Below, one piece after another: positions 24,074-36,648 of a DNA stretch of 64,000 nt (positions within the stretch are counted from its first letter, which is position 1; each line of letters begins with the position of its first letter). The DNA lies in contig NW_027191408.1 of NCBI RefSeq assembly GCF_041146345.1, positions 1,178,001 to 1,242,000 on the forward strand, read 5' to 3'. The DNA is from Neodothiora populina (taxonomy: Eukaryota). A program made the position numbers and the translations under genes. A model generated the notes under the pieces. It saw only the letters and a list, made by a program, of their open reading frames with translations, had not been told where the DNA came from and made no database searches.

Positions 24074-26800
24074 ATGGGATCTAATGTGGATGTTACGAAG
24101 ATCATATCCGAGCTGACTCTGGAAGAGAAGGTGAGTAGTCACTACTCCATATCTCGATGCACGCTAATCTGTTTACTAGATCAGGTTGGTAGCGGGAAAG
24201 AACTTTTGGGAAACACAAGAGATACCTCGGCTGGGAGTGCCATCGCTTAAGGTGAATAGACGAAGCTTGCAGACAAATCATACCAATGAATTATACTGAT
24301 AGCAGCGATAAGGTGTCAGACGGTCCTAATGGCGCTCGTGGTGGTACTTTCAGAAATGGCACGACCGCCGCCTGTTTCCCGGCTTCTGTATCACTTGCGG
24401 CAACATTCGATGTAACACTTGCCCGTCAAATAGGAAAGGCTCTTGCCGAGGAGACATTGACCAAGGGTGCTCGAGTACTGTCAGTAAATTTTCGTGACCT
24501 GTGAACCAGTGTTTGCTAAGAGTCAGAAGACTAGCGCCCACCATTTGCCCTCATCGACATCCTCTAGGAGGCCGCAACTTCGAGTCTTTCTCCGAAGATC
24601 CTCTGCTCGCTGGCAAACTTGCAAGCCAGTACATCCAGGGCTTACAGGAAAATGGAGTCGGTGCAACCATCAAGCACTTTGCTGGAGACGAGCAGGAAAC
24701 GAAGCGCTTCACCATGAACGCCAACATCAGCGAAAAGGCCCTCAGGTAGGTATCCTCATCACTCCAAGGAAGTGAGATATTCTTGCTAACTACTTTGCAG
24801 AGATAGCGAAGCCGCGGGCTGTTATGACCAGCTATAACTTGGTCAATGGCACACATTCTGATGCAAACGATCATTTACTGAAGAAAGGCTGCGAGGTAAT
24901 TGGGGCTGGAAAGGGCGAGTCCCCGATATTATATTCTTTCTTCTGGTAGTAAATGCTTATGCTTCATAGTCTCGTCATGTCCGACTGGGGAGGCACCAAC
25001 TCTGTTGCTGATGCCTTAAATGCTGGTCTGGCACTGGACATGCCAGGTCCAGCTCGCCGCTTCAAGGATGAGGCTGTCAAGGCTGCTATTAAAGCAGGCA
25101 AGCTGACCGAAGATACCATCGACGAGCGTGTGAGGGAAGTTCTCGAGCTACTCGTCATTACTGGCAAATTCCAACATCCTGTGGCCGAAGATGAGAAGGC
25201 TATGATCAATCCTGAGCATAGCAAGCTGATAGGTATGGTCCTTCTGAAGAACGAGGACAATGTCTTACCACTCCAAACGAACGCCTTGAAGAAGATTGCA
25301 GTACTTGGGCTCGCTAAGCAATGTCTTGCGCACGGCGGCGGCTCTGCTGCTGTCAATTGTCATTACAGAATAACTCCTTACGAAGCGTTAGAGAAGGCCT
25401 TTGGAGGCAAAGCTGAACTCCTATATGCTGAAGGTGCTCACCTACATCGCACACTTCCGCCAATCGAAAGAGGAATTGCGGACAGTGATGGGAAACCAGG
25501 TATGACACTCACCAAGTACAGTCCATCCGATTCAATTACGGTTGTGGGAGTTGTGAATACACAGGCTTCTACATTTGCAACTCTTGAGGAGAAATTGGGC
25601 GCCTTGAAGCTTGAGGGTGTCTACAATCCTCGAGTCAGCGGCAACCATTATCTTGAGCTCTGCTCACTTGGACCAGTAAAGGTGTATATCAACGATGAGC
25701 AAATCCTAGACATTCCACATGATGGCCCTGATCCGATGGCTTTCCTTCTCGGAGGTGTCGCTGTGGAGAAGTTTCGATATGCTTTCGAACATGGCAAGGA
25801 GTACAAGATCGAGATACACTCAAAGGCCCCTGCAGGTGTGGGTGATGACTTCGCCCCGCTAGAAGACATCATTGGAGTTGCGCTTGGCTTGATGAGTCAA
25901 CAGGAAATAGAGGAAGACGTAACTCAGGCTGCTGTAGACGCAGCAAAAGCTGCAGAAGTGGTTGTCGTCTTCGTTGGAAACACTACTTCTTGGGAGACTG
26001 AAGGCCGCGATATGGAAACTATGGATCTGCCTGCGATGGCTCGCAAGACCGACTCATCAACGCTGTCGCTGATGTGAACCCGCGCACGGTCAAATTCGAC
26101 CGGAGTTCCAATCGCTATGCCATGGCTCGACAAGGTCAAGGCAGCCCCTCAGACATGGTATCCTGGTCAGGAAGCTGGCAATGCTATTGTCGATGTTCTA
26201 CTTGGTACTATCAACCCTTCTGGTCGTCTTCCGGTGACTTTCCCACGCCGCATAGAAGACACGCCAGCTTTTGGCAACTTCCCTGGAGATACAGAGAGAC
26301 TGCAAGTCTACTACAAGGAAGACAGCTTCGTCGGCTACCGGCATTACGATCACTATCCGGACTCTATACTATTTCCATTCGGTCTTGGCTTATCGTACAC
26401 CACCTTTGATGTCAGTAATGCCAAGTTTTCCTGGGGACATTCCGGCGAGTCTTTTCCAGTACCAGGCAACTTTCATGCGTCTGTAGACATCACAAACACC
26501 GGCAGAATCCTTGGTAGTGAAGTCTTGCAAGTTTATATTACTCCACCGGTCGACCCAAGTGGACGAAAGACACAGCGAAAGATGGTTGGCTTCACGAAAA
26601 TAGCCTTAGAGCCAGGTAATGCAGGGGTCGCTTCAATCACCTTCACGTCCGACTCATTCGCCGAGTTTGATGAGGTAAAAGAAGATTGGCTTATCGTCAA
26701 GGGCGAGTACGCTGTTGAGGTTGCTACATCCGCTTCGAAGCATGATGTCAAAGCTAGCTCTATGTTTTCCATATCGGAAGATTACCACTTTGATGCGTAG
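24074..26800 (+). pseudogene. GH3 beta-glucosidase (PA14-insert type), disrupted by frameshifts and deletions
   Basis: LTLEEK, SDGPNGARG, GGRNFESFSEDP, KHF, nucleophile VMSDWGG, WETEGRD, WYPGQEAGNA, GRLPVTFP and FPFGLGLSYTTF are all present. Frame breaks occur at about 24801, 24887, 26034 and 26092, and normally conserved residues are missing near 24800 and 25230. Confidence 0.85.
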
Positions 26801-26966
26801 ATCTGCATTCTGCAGGTGACATGCTGCATGCCCAAGGATAGCAAACCAATCATTAGCGAGAATGCCTACCTTGGCTTACTCAGCTCTGTCACCCTTCATC
26901 TTCACATTCAGAACAAAAATCTACCATCGATCTTGCGTAGACTCATGCTGTCTTCTATGACCAGAA

Positions 26967-28423
26967 ATGTGGCGATGTGATTTCCAAGCGTGCAGAGCTG
27001 ACAGTGTGCGAGTTCTGGGTGACTGCATGATCTGCAATCAGCACCTCTGCTACAAGCATTTGAAACCTGAACACCATAAGTGCCCACCATGGGAGGTAAG
27101 GAGCATCTGCTAGTTGTACTTGTAGTCTTTGTTGAACTTTAGCAGGATGCAGAAGCCTATGAGGCTGCGTCTCGAGTCTCCGAGTCGAACGAAATCAAGC
27201 ACTTGCTGGAAACAATCAACATATCCGCGCTTCATCAAACAGCGAGCTCACTCCGCAACGGAATGATCTGCTCCGTCTCTACGACTAATCTCATCAAAGG
27301 CGGTATGAATGTTCATCTCGAAATCGTTTTCGACGATGGTGTTGTCTGGCTAGCACGCATCCGTCGACATAATGCGACTTCCCCGCCGCCTGCGTTGCGC
27401 GATCATATCTTGCGTAGCGAAGCTGCTACGCTTCATTTCCTTGAGGGCACACGTGTCCCAGCACCAAAAGTGTTTAGGTTTGCCTTTGAGCATGAAACCG
27501 ATAATCCAGTCGGTGTCAGTTACCTTATCTATGAGAAATTGCCGGAAAATCCTCTGTAATGGTCTGGTGCAACAGAATGTAAGAAGGAAAAAGTAATACA
27601 TCAGCTCGCAGACCATTTCATCGAACTCCAAAAGCATCCCTTCGACATGATCAGCTCTCCAGGCGGGACAACGGAGCTACATGTAAGCCCCTTTGCGCAA
27701 GAGGCTTGGGCTGACTGTCGGGACTCGAGAATCGAACCTCTCGGACCCTTTGCAAACTTGAACGAGTGCTACTCGGCATATCTTACTATGATACTGGACT
27801 GCATCTCAACCAAGGGAGTATACACAAATCATCCCAGTGATGCTTATCTCATCCACCGTTATCTTTTGGATCTAGTACACGACTCGTTTCCGTCAAGGAG
27901 ACCGAGTGAAGGCTTCTTCCTTCGACATGCAGATGATAAGGGCGATCATATCCTCGTGGACGAAGACTTCAACATTACCGGAATCATTGATTGGGAATGG
28001 GCATACACGACAACAGCAAGCGAGGCTTTCATGGCACCTACCGTTCTACTGAACCCTGCCGAGTTTTACGACGGCGTCCCAACACCTGGGAAGGATGAAG
28101 AGGTATTTGCAGAGATATTGAAGTTGAAGGGCGCTGCTGATCTAGCCAGCTATGTCTTGCATGGGAGGTTGCAGCAACAGTTGACTTTTCTCTGTAGCAA
28201 CAAGACTTGGCTGGACTGGGACGGGTTCGTCAGTATTTTCAAGGGAGTGTTGAAGAGCACGGGGGGCGAATGCTTCGTGAATGTGGATGACTGGCGGACA
28301 GTATTGCTAGAGCGGTACGGTGATGAAGAGGCCATTTCGTCCCCTTCTGTCGTGATGTTCTTCACGTATCTTGTTGCTAGTACATTCTCTTTGATCCCAA
28401 GTTCCATGTCTCATCAGACTTGA
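26967..28423 (+). pseudogene. APH/phosphotransferase (kinase-like) protein with N-terminal Cys/His zinc-finger exon, one in-frame TAA at 27557
   Basis: Exon 26967-27095 encodes MWRCDFQAC...GDCMICNQHLCYKHLKPEHHKCP, followed by intron 27096-27145. The next exon has GGMNVH, FDDGVVWLARIR, SEAATL, VPAPKVF, HADDKGDHILVD and GIIDWEWA. ORFs 27203 and 27647 share one frame across a single stop. Confidence 0.85.
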
Positions 28424-29620
28424 GATGCTGTAAAATAACACCGGCTCATGAGTCCTTCCCCGAGTCCAATCGAGTAGCAGTGAGAAGTGGAGGATCGTTG
28501 TTGAGCGGGTACTGTGTCAAGCTAATGCACCACTGACGACTTATCCAGCGCATCGGTGAAGCTGTGTTTAACAAATGCATCACGGACTCTACTACTGCTT
28601 TTACCAGTCCTTCAGGCCTGTATATTCGCAAGCCTTGTTATGCCCCTTTGGCTCAACGACTCTCCAGCCTGTTGGAAAAGTGACGGATCATGATTGTATG
28701 CGGGCGTTCGCTACCAGGTCATTCATCGCGTGGACCATAAGTCTGGGATTACGTGCCTGGTATATTTCAGGAGAAATATGGGCAAGCACTCACATAAGTG
28801 GTCTAGTCAACGACATCTCGCAGCTGCTAAATCACTTCGATGCGAGCCCTGCGTAGAGATGTTCCGCCCACGCGTCCACGTTCGTGAGGAGAATCAGTCG
28901 TTGGTGGTGAGATGCAGTACTGGTCCCGCCCTGGAACATTTCGCGTCTGGCCTCATTCTCGATGAGGCGCTACTGTACTTTGCCACTTCTCCTTTCCCAA
29001 TCAGTACAGATCAGGTCAAAGTAGATAGAGCTCGGTGTTGCCACGGCTAATTAATATTAATTGAAAATGCACCGAACGTCCACAATAGGTGTCACCGTAC
29101 GATAAACCCATTACCGGCACGCTGCAGTACCACGTGTTCTTGGTCCATTTCGGCTGCTAATTTTGAATCTTGACATGTGTAAGCTTACTGACAAAGGCAA
29201 GCGAACTGTTCCATTCCGACGATTGCCCATTTCTGTATACCGGAACAGCTTACAGGACCAAGCCATTGGGTCTTATAGGGCCAATATGCATGCCATGCAA
29301 CAGCCTCCGTACGGCCGCACTGTTGATTCCGCCAAGCCTAGACCTCATAGACCTGCCGCGGCCCCGCCCGACACATATTACCCGACACATATTACTCGTC
29401 GATCCTTCCGGAAAAGATCCGTAATCTCCGGCGAGCTGTACACAGTTGTACCTTGCCTACCTTACCTTACCTTACCGTTGCATTATTGTGTGTAGGCGTG
29501 CAGCACACATGTCTTAGCTTGGTTCCCCAACCTTCTCCACTTTCCCGAACAATTTACCTACATTTTCCATCTTGCGATCATCAGACAGCCGAAAATATTC
29601 GTGTTATGTATTCCTGAAGA

Positions 29621-31543
29621 ATGAAACCTCAAGCTGTGCGAGCACAAGTGCGTCAAGCATGCGATCCATGTCGCCTCAGGAAGATCAAGTGCGAGTCACT
29701 GGGCGGACCACGCGATGTTGGCACGCACAGCCCGTGTAAGCCATGTCACGGCGGCAAGCTCGAGTGTACCTACCTCATGCCTGTCAAGAGACGTGGTCCT
29801 CCTCCCAAGCGGTTCGTTGCAGAGTCTGCCAGTTCTTATGTGTTCGAACCATTTTCCTGAGATTGTTTTCCAGACGTCATATCCTTGTCGACTCGCAGGC
29901 GAAGGACGATCGCCCTTCAGTCGAGGCAGAAGAAAGTGCTGTCATTCAACGTGGGGACGACCCTCCCGTGGACCCTAGAATTGCGTACCGCCCCATACCA
30001 GACTACCTAACTCCCTCAGACACCCCCTTGTTCGAGCGAATCTGCTCGGCGCGAGTGTTTGACATTATCGTCCGCGATTATTTGGACATTTTGTATCCAT
30101 TGGTGCCTGTGGTACATCGTCCTACCTTTCTTAATGACTTACGAGACAAGCGTTACATGCATGACCACACATTTGAGTCTTTTTGTCTAGCGATATGCTC
30201 TTTAGTGCTGGGCATACTACCTCGCAAATTCGATGAGTACAGGCAGATAGATGGTTCTCTCAACTTCCCCAGTCGGAGAGCGGCCGCCGAGACCATTCAT
30301 GAAATGATCATGAAATCTCGTCCTGTCAACTATTTTGACACACTTTGTCTCGACAAATGGGCAATCGCCTATATGCTAGCGGCATCAGATGTTCATCTCG
30401 GACATGCTGCTCGAGGCAGGATGCGTGTGGCAGAGACGAATTCAATCTGCGACGAATTAGGCCTGCAACGCATCGGTAGCTATGCCGGGCTGGATAGAGT
30501 CGAGTCTCAATTGAGGAAGAAAGCGTTCTGGCTAAACTTTACCACTTATTCGTAAGCTCCCACAAGATTGCTTTACGAAGGACAAGTGCTGACGTGACCA
30601 GACATTCCCGTTCGGGCGAGATTCAGTGGGATTCTCTTGGGGATCGCTTCATGTTTGACACAGTTGACGCCGAACTACTAATGCCATTGGATGTCGATGA
30701 TGAGTTCATCTTCCCACATGAAGTCCCAGCTCAGCCTCCCGGCAGAACACCTTTGGTCGCCGGGTTCAACGCCCTCACGCTCATCAACAATTGTCTTGTC
30801 TCGATCATAAAGGATCCTGCCCTACCATTACTTTCATGTACTGATGCTAACTCAAGCCATCGCACTGCCCTTGGCCAATGTGCGTGTGGGAGACTGATCC
30901 AGAAGGCATCGATCTCATCCCTGGTCCAGGCCCGTCTGCAAAAAACAAGGCACGTGCTCGACCACCTCCCGCCAGAGTTGAGATTATGGCCCAGTCATGA
31001 TCAGCCAAATGCTGCTCTCGCAGTGTCGGATCCGATTCTGTACGCCCAGTATGAAAGCATGAAAGCTAATATTCATGTGACACATCTTTGGGTTCAGAGT
31101 CTCCTGCTTGAGCGATTCATTTCAACGACTCCCATCTCGCAAGGCTCAGATGGATCTGACGGACATGTTGACATGTCACAGATATGGGAGATGCGCGAAG
31201 ACATCTGTCGGCAATTGCTACGGCTCCTCAGTAATATTTCTCAGGCCAATCTGGAGCCAAACGGCTACATTCTGGTACGTCTGACTTGTGTAATCCACAG
31301 TACAACACGCTGACGCTGCCCTAGATATTGAAGACCCGCCAAGTTGCCGCAAGTTTACTGGACCGTCAGCCGGAAGAGGGCGAGAATGTCTCGCGTCGCG
31401 TGACAGCATATATACAGAGCTTCGCAGACATTCTTGCTCGATTAGACCATGCTTACCAGAATGATACTCGGATGACTCAATGGGAAGAACTTGATGAGCA
31501 AGCCCGAGAGTCCCCATCTTCACTGTGGAGTATTCACAGCTGA
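29621..31543 (+). CDS. Zn(II)2Cys6 fungal transcription factor with middle homology region (4 exons)
   Basis: ACDPCRLRKIKC...PCKPC...LECTY...KRRGP, YPLVPVVHRPTF, QLRKKAFW and KANIHVTHLW. Introns about 29812-29873, 30552-30601 and 31276-31324 all splice in frame. Confidence 0.9.
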
Positions 31544-32063
31544 GCTATCGAACATCTGCAGATTGGGCTTCGTCTTTTGCAAAGGCTGGTTGGACTGCAT
31601 CTTTTCTGCACACGGAGCTCAGTCTGTGGCAGGTCAAAAATCAGGAGCGGGGTGGCCCAGAGTGGTGGCAATCAAGTTTGTGATGGCTTGTGGTTGTAGA
31701 TTGCCAGGGGATCTGATGGAGACACGAGTTTTGGGGCTGTGGGTATGTGGATCATCATCCTCCACTTGGCGCTATGTCAGAGACAGCTTTCCCCGGCTGT
31801 CTTGGTCGACATTGAACAACATACAGGACTGAGAACGTACGTCAGTCCGTTTGTACTATGTCTTGCATTTGTTTCTCTGAAGCATTCGCATTCATCGTTT
31901 TGACACAAGCTCTAGTGATGTGACGACCACACGGCAGCCTCAATGTTGTACTTGAGGTGTGCTGTCATCCTCAGGGCTCGCCTATAACGATGTGGCGTAG
32001 CTCGGATCAACGTGCATCAACAGAACTACTTCTAGACAGGCCACTCATGTTCTTATCACATGC

Positions 32064-34349
32064 ATGAAGAGTCTTAGACAATATTTTCGTCGCGCTGATC
32101 CGTGCAGGTGGACGATTTCGTCTCACAACACCATGAGTGATACTCATCATGTGTTGCGGAAGGGAATCGCCCGAATGGAGAACATACTCATCTTCTGTTC
32201 TTCTTCCCATTCACGTCCTGTCCCTTTTACCAAGGGTGACGTTCACTGCGTCTTAGCAGATATGGCAACTACCTACGCTCAACATCTTCTCAAGTCTGGA
32301 CACCAGCAAGCCCGTGGGACTGGCGATTATAGAATTCCAAAATATGGATCTGGGCAAACCATTGCTGGCAACAACTCATACGACCGTCTTTTCATCGACA
32401 TTGCGCATCCTGGGACAACAGACGAGAAGCAATTTCAGCCCACCAGCTTTCAGCGTCTTCGAAACTGTAAGTCGGAATCAGAGGAGACAGGTATCATCGC
32501 GACGCCTCCCACTGCTCACGGAATTGAGCACGCACAATATCCGACTCCACAGACGAGTCCATCTCCATTCATTGCTGCCCGAGGAGATCTTACCCCTGGT
32601 CAATCCAAAGTATGTGGTTTTGGAAATTCGCTGTCATGTCTAACACCAACAACGATGTATTCAGCGCCTATGATCACCCCGCCGCCCTTGGAAGATGTCC
32701 TTGAGACTATTGCTCAATTCCCCGACTTTGTCAATAACGTTACTGGCGGGATCGATATCGCCGGAAGTACTATCACTCTGAATTTGCTTCGCTTTGCTGT
32801 GATCAGCGGCGCAACAGTCCAAAAACAATACAGCTCCGGTATTTATGAAGCATATGATCCACTCCAGGTGTGTCTGCGTCAGCTCTACTTTCAGCTTGGT
32901 CGCCAATATCCATCCTCTGAAGAGCTTTGCAGACTGCATCGCAGTGAGAAGTACAGGGCCACTTTTCTAGCTTTGGCAGACGAAGCAAGCATTCCCGTGC
33001 AAACATACCCCGAATACCTTGACCTAGACTCAATGGCTACGCTTGTTCGGCTGCTTGCTTTACGCGACTTTAAGGCATCTGGGGATCACAAGACGTACCA
33101 GCTTGGAATTATATCCTGGGATGATGGGGTCCTCCATGCTCGTATACATCCAAGGACGGTCGTGAACGCCACCGCTACTGCATGGCTGTTTTTCGAGCCT
33201 GACTGTACACTGGAAAGCATTGCTGGAAATTGGCATGGTATTTGCTCTGATGAAGCCTGGGGTGTACGGACAGAACTTCCGTTAGTAATGCCCCAGCAGC
33301 TTCTTGGAGATTTGACCAATCACATTGGACATTTGATCCCACCGCCACCTTGGCGTCGAGCTGATACTCTGTCCACCACTACATCTGCGAACGAGACAAG
33401 CAATCGATCCGTCAAACGCATATTCCCAGATGACGAAGCGACGCAGATAGTCCATCCCAAGGTCAGGGGAGACAAGCGCAGAACAGCTATACAGATACAA
33501 CTGTTGCACAACGAACTACCATATCACTTCAGTCCAGCCCAAATCCTCCAGCAGCCGGGAGATGTCCTACACTACAACAACTTGCTTCGCGTGGCGGTTT
33601 GGTACAGCAACAAACAGATCTTTGACAGACTGAATGAAAGCCGTCGAATCGCCCGCAAAACGCCATATAAAGCCCTGAGTGCCATCACCAAAAGGATCAC
33701 GGTTGCATGCACATATATAGCCGAAGAGCACAACGTACCAGTCGAACTCTTTCGTGCCGCTTTCAATGCTAGAAGAGACGCCAATCACATCTCGACTCGT
33801 GATGTACAGGACACGCTCAATCCTCTTCTGGCGATGCAGTCGGCTACATTCCAGCGAGGAATCGACGACGCGCTCGATAAAGTATTGTCTGGGTCCAAGA
33901 CATCCGGACTGATCAAACCTCGCAATGTCGCGCCACCACTTGTGCGAAATCAACCCAGCGTCAATAGATTCCGCGCCGCCGTCTCTACAGCAGAGAACAC
34001 TGAAGCTTTGCCAACGCCAACACACCAAGCGGCCCAGGATGACGATACCGAGCTATTCTCATCTTACCAGCCTGACATGCCTCAGATCGACTCGAGCTCA
34101 TGGGCTAGTTCAGGAACTTTGTCAGACGATACTCACTTCGAAGACTTCGTCCCTTTCGACGACTCTGTCTCGGATAATCATGGTATGAACCCAGGCAAGG
34201 CTTCGGAAATAGTCGGGACAAATGCGTTCGGTGAATCTATTTTCGGATCGCTGGGAGACACTACCATCCAGAATCATTTCAGCAGCATGCACGACTTGGG
34301 CGATTATAGTCAAGTCCCTGACTGGAGCTGGGTAGACGAGATGCCATGA
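32064..34349 (+). CDS. Hypothetical protein (up to 761 aa; true start may be MATTYAQ near 32262)
   Basis: Long stop-free ORF with globular-looking segments (e.g. YNNLLRVAVWYSNKQIFDRLN...AITKRIT) and an acidic low-complexity tail. No family recognised. Confidence 0.65.
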   Translation: MKSLRQYFRRADPCRWTISSHNTMSDTHHVLRKGIARMENILIFCSSSHSRPVPFTKGDVHCVLADMATTYAQHLLKSGHQQARGTGDYRIPKYGSGQTIAGNNSYDRLFIDIAHPGTTDEKQFQPTSFQRLRNCKSESEETGIIATPPTAHGIEHAQYPTPQTSPSPFIAARGDLTPGQSKVCGFGNSLSCLTPTTMYSAPMITPPPLEDVLETIAQFPDFVNNVTGGIDIAGSTITLNLLRFAVISGATVQKQYSSGIYEAYDPLQVCLRQLYFQLGRQYPSSEELCRLHRSEKYRATFLALADEASIPVQTYPEYLDLDSMATLVRLLALRDFKASGDHKTYQLGIISWDDGVLHARIHPRTVVNATATAWLFFEPDCTLESIAGNWHGICSDEAWGVRTELPLVMPQQLLGDLTNHIGHLIPPPPWRRADTLSTTTSANETSNRSVKRIFPDDEATQIVHPKVRGDKRRTAIQIQLLHNELPYHFSPAQILQQPGDVLHYNNLLRVAVWYSNKQIFDRLNESRRIARKTPYKALSAITKRITVACTYIAEEHNVPVELFRAAFNARRDANHISTRDVQDTLNPLLAMQSATFQRGIDDALDKVLSGSKTSGLIKPRNVAPPLVRNQPSVNRFRAAVSTAENTEALPTPTHQAAQDDDTELFSSYQPDMPQIDSSSWASSGTLSDDTHFEDFVPFDDSVSDNHGMNPGKASEIVGTNAFGESIFGSLGDTTIQNHFSSMHDLGDYSQVPDWSWVDEMP

Positions 34350-35236
34350 GCGACGAGCGACACGGAGTTTTCTGCACTTTACAGCACTCTGTCGGTATCA
34401 GTCGAGGACAGGCAAGGATCAGGCACGCAAACGACCGGCGCAATTATATTCAGTTTTTCCATTATTTACAGAGACATGGGAAAAGCGAAACAGACGATGG
34501 GATTTCTGAGGTTTACGATCGGGGGGAAAAGAAGGAGCGTATTCAGCAATGAGCACCTCGCATCTAGGGCGTACACGCTTTGTTTTCTTCCATTATGTTT
34601 TCTGCTATCACAGTCCATCTATCCCGAAATATCAAAGTCTTGCTTTTCATCTCTTGATCAACATGCGTTTGGCTCCTCGGGGAATCGACAGATCACGCGG
34701 CTGATACCGTTTCTGTCCCACTGATGAAATGACCAACCAACCAACTGCAGAATCACAATTTGCGTTCGAAAATAGTCGACGAAGACTAGCGAGCACGAAT
34801 GGTTTTTTCTTGCAGCTATTTATTGGCCGCTCTGCCGCTGCCACTCAGGTCAAGAATATCGGAGGGGAAAGAGAGTTTGGGTTTCATCCATCTATTTTTA
34901 CAAAGTTCCCTTAAAGCAAAGAAAAAATCAAAAGGGGGAGGCAAACGAGAAATAACGCCGTGTCGAATGCGTCTAATCCATCTTTGGCAAGTGGGTGAGA
35001 AAATACTTGTTTTATGCAAAATGACTCTGCCTCGCTGCCGGACCGCCGTATGCGTATGTGTGTCTATCCTTCCAAGTCGATCCGGTCCACATGTAGAAAT
35101 CACCCCCGGTATATTGTACAAAAGCCCTCCCTTGAGTCCTTCAAGTGTGCCCTTCCATTCGTTTGATTACCTGCTGTATGTAGTTGTCCAGGCGGCTTCT
35201 TGACTGAAAACAGAGCCGGGCCTGGCGTCTGTTGCC

Positions 35237-36648
35237 TTAGACGTCATTCATGAGCGGATGTGCGTCGAACCATTTGAGGAGGACCTGGTACATGACGAGC
35301 ATGGTGCCCGACTGCACGCTGGTCCACACAGCCCTGGGTCCCACACCCCTGAAGAGTCCTCCGAAGCCCTCGTGCTTGTAGATGACGCGAAGTCCCCCAA
35401 TGACGGATTCTGTCTCCAATTGGACGGAACCGTGTTGCCGTAGAGCGGTGCTGGGTCCAGATGTGGAAATAGGCCGTTTTGCGTCCGTGTGTGCGTGGGT
35501 GGTCTTGGGCGAAGGCCTGTGATCTGAAGGCAAGACGCCAGGGTTTGCGGCGGCGGCGGCGGCGGCCTTGGTATGACTTGCAGCGCCTGGTGCAAGCGCG
35601 GGATCTAATTGGGTCTGGATCCTTGTTTTTACGACGTCCAAAGGACAGGTTATGACACCCGCCATACCACCAGCGCTGGCGCCTGTGAAGATTTCAAGAG
35701 GAAGACCGATGTCTTTGCTGCCGCACCACTGGCGGGCCATCTTCTGCTCTTTCTCGTAGAATGTGAATTGTAAGGCGGAGAAAGGAAGGTCACGGGCGAG
35801 GGTGGCCTTGTAGCCGGAGAAAAGCTCTCGGGGGCCTTCGAGTCGAATGATGGTGCGGAAAGCGTCTAACGTGCTGCGGTAATTGTAGCCGGAGGCGAAG
35901 AACGGATTGTTATGTCGGCCCTGGAGTTGCAGTCGTGTCTTCAACACTTCGCTGGGGACGTAGAGGGGCGACGCTGCCAGGTCGGCAAGGAAACCTGTAA
36001 GGAAGAATCCGCCCGTCAGCTTGTTTGTCCAGTGACAAAGATACAGCGGGCATGCTGAGATCCTAACCTGATGTCAAGTACGCCACTGACGGCGCAATGC
36101 CCATATCCAACATGCGCCGCTTGGTGAACTCGTAAGCTCCAAAGAAAAGCACAGTGCCGCTGAAGCTGCCTAGAAAAGCAGGAGTCACGCCGCCGTAAAG
36201 GCCTCGCCGCACACCCTCTTGTCGCCAAATTGTGTAGTAAGTGCTGCCCATGGATGTGTACTTGGGAGGCATGTGGGGATCGCCTTGCTGCCGGGTTTTG
36301 ACAGTATCGAGAGAATGCATCAGCATATCGCCGGTCGTGCCGCCTATGCCTCCTGCCAACATTGCCTGCAGTGAATTATACATTAGCCTCCATCAGTGTC
36401 TGATGGAAAACACTCTCGCTGCTGCTACTGACATGTGCATACGGCGGCCTTTCTGCATCCGCATCGAATTCATCTTTGTCCTCTAGTTTTGGCTGTGCCG
36501 GCTGACCCGTTATCGTTGTCGTTGATTGATTTGATTCTTGCACCGCCGCTGCAGCCATTGTTGCGGCGTGCTCATCGCTGAACTTGGGCTGATTCTCTTG
36601 CGAAGGCTGGGCTGGAGAAAATGATTCAGCCACACGGGCTAATACCAT
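35237..36648 (-). CDS. MME1: Mitochondrial carrier (SLC25), Mme1/YMR166C type (3 exons: 36648-36433, 36365-36068, 35994-35237)
   Basis: Three carrier signatures: HSLDTVKTRQQ, PSEVLKTRLQ and PLDVVKTRIQ. EGVRRGLYGG and RDLPFSALQF match the Mme1 subfamily. Confidence 0.85.

Noticed and set aside
28430..29050. Possible further gene relic with intron-like signals
   Set aside because: No frame gave a recognisable motif, so I cannot support a call.
32610..32664. Intron-like GTATGT...CTAAC...CAG inside the 761-aa ORF
   Set aside because: Removing these 55 nt would shift the frame into an immediate stop, while the unspliced frame is open.
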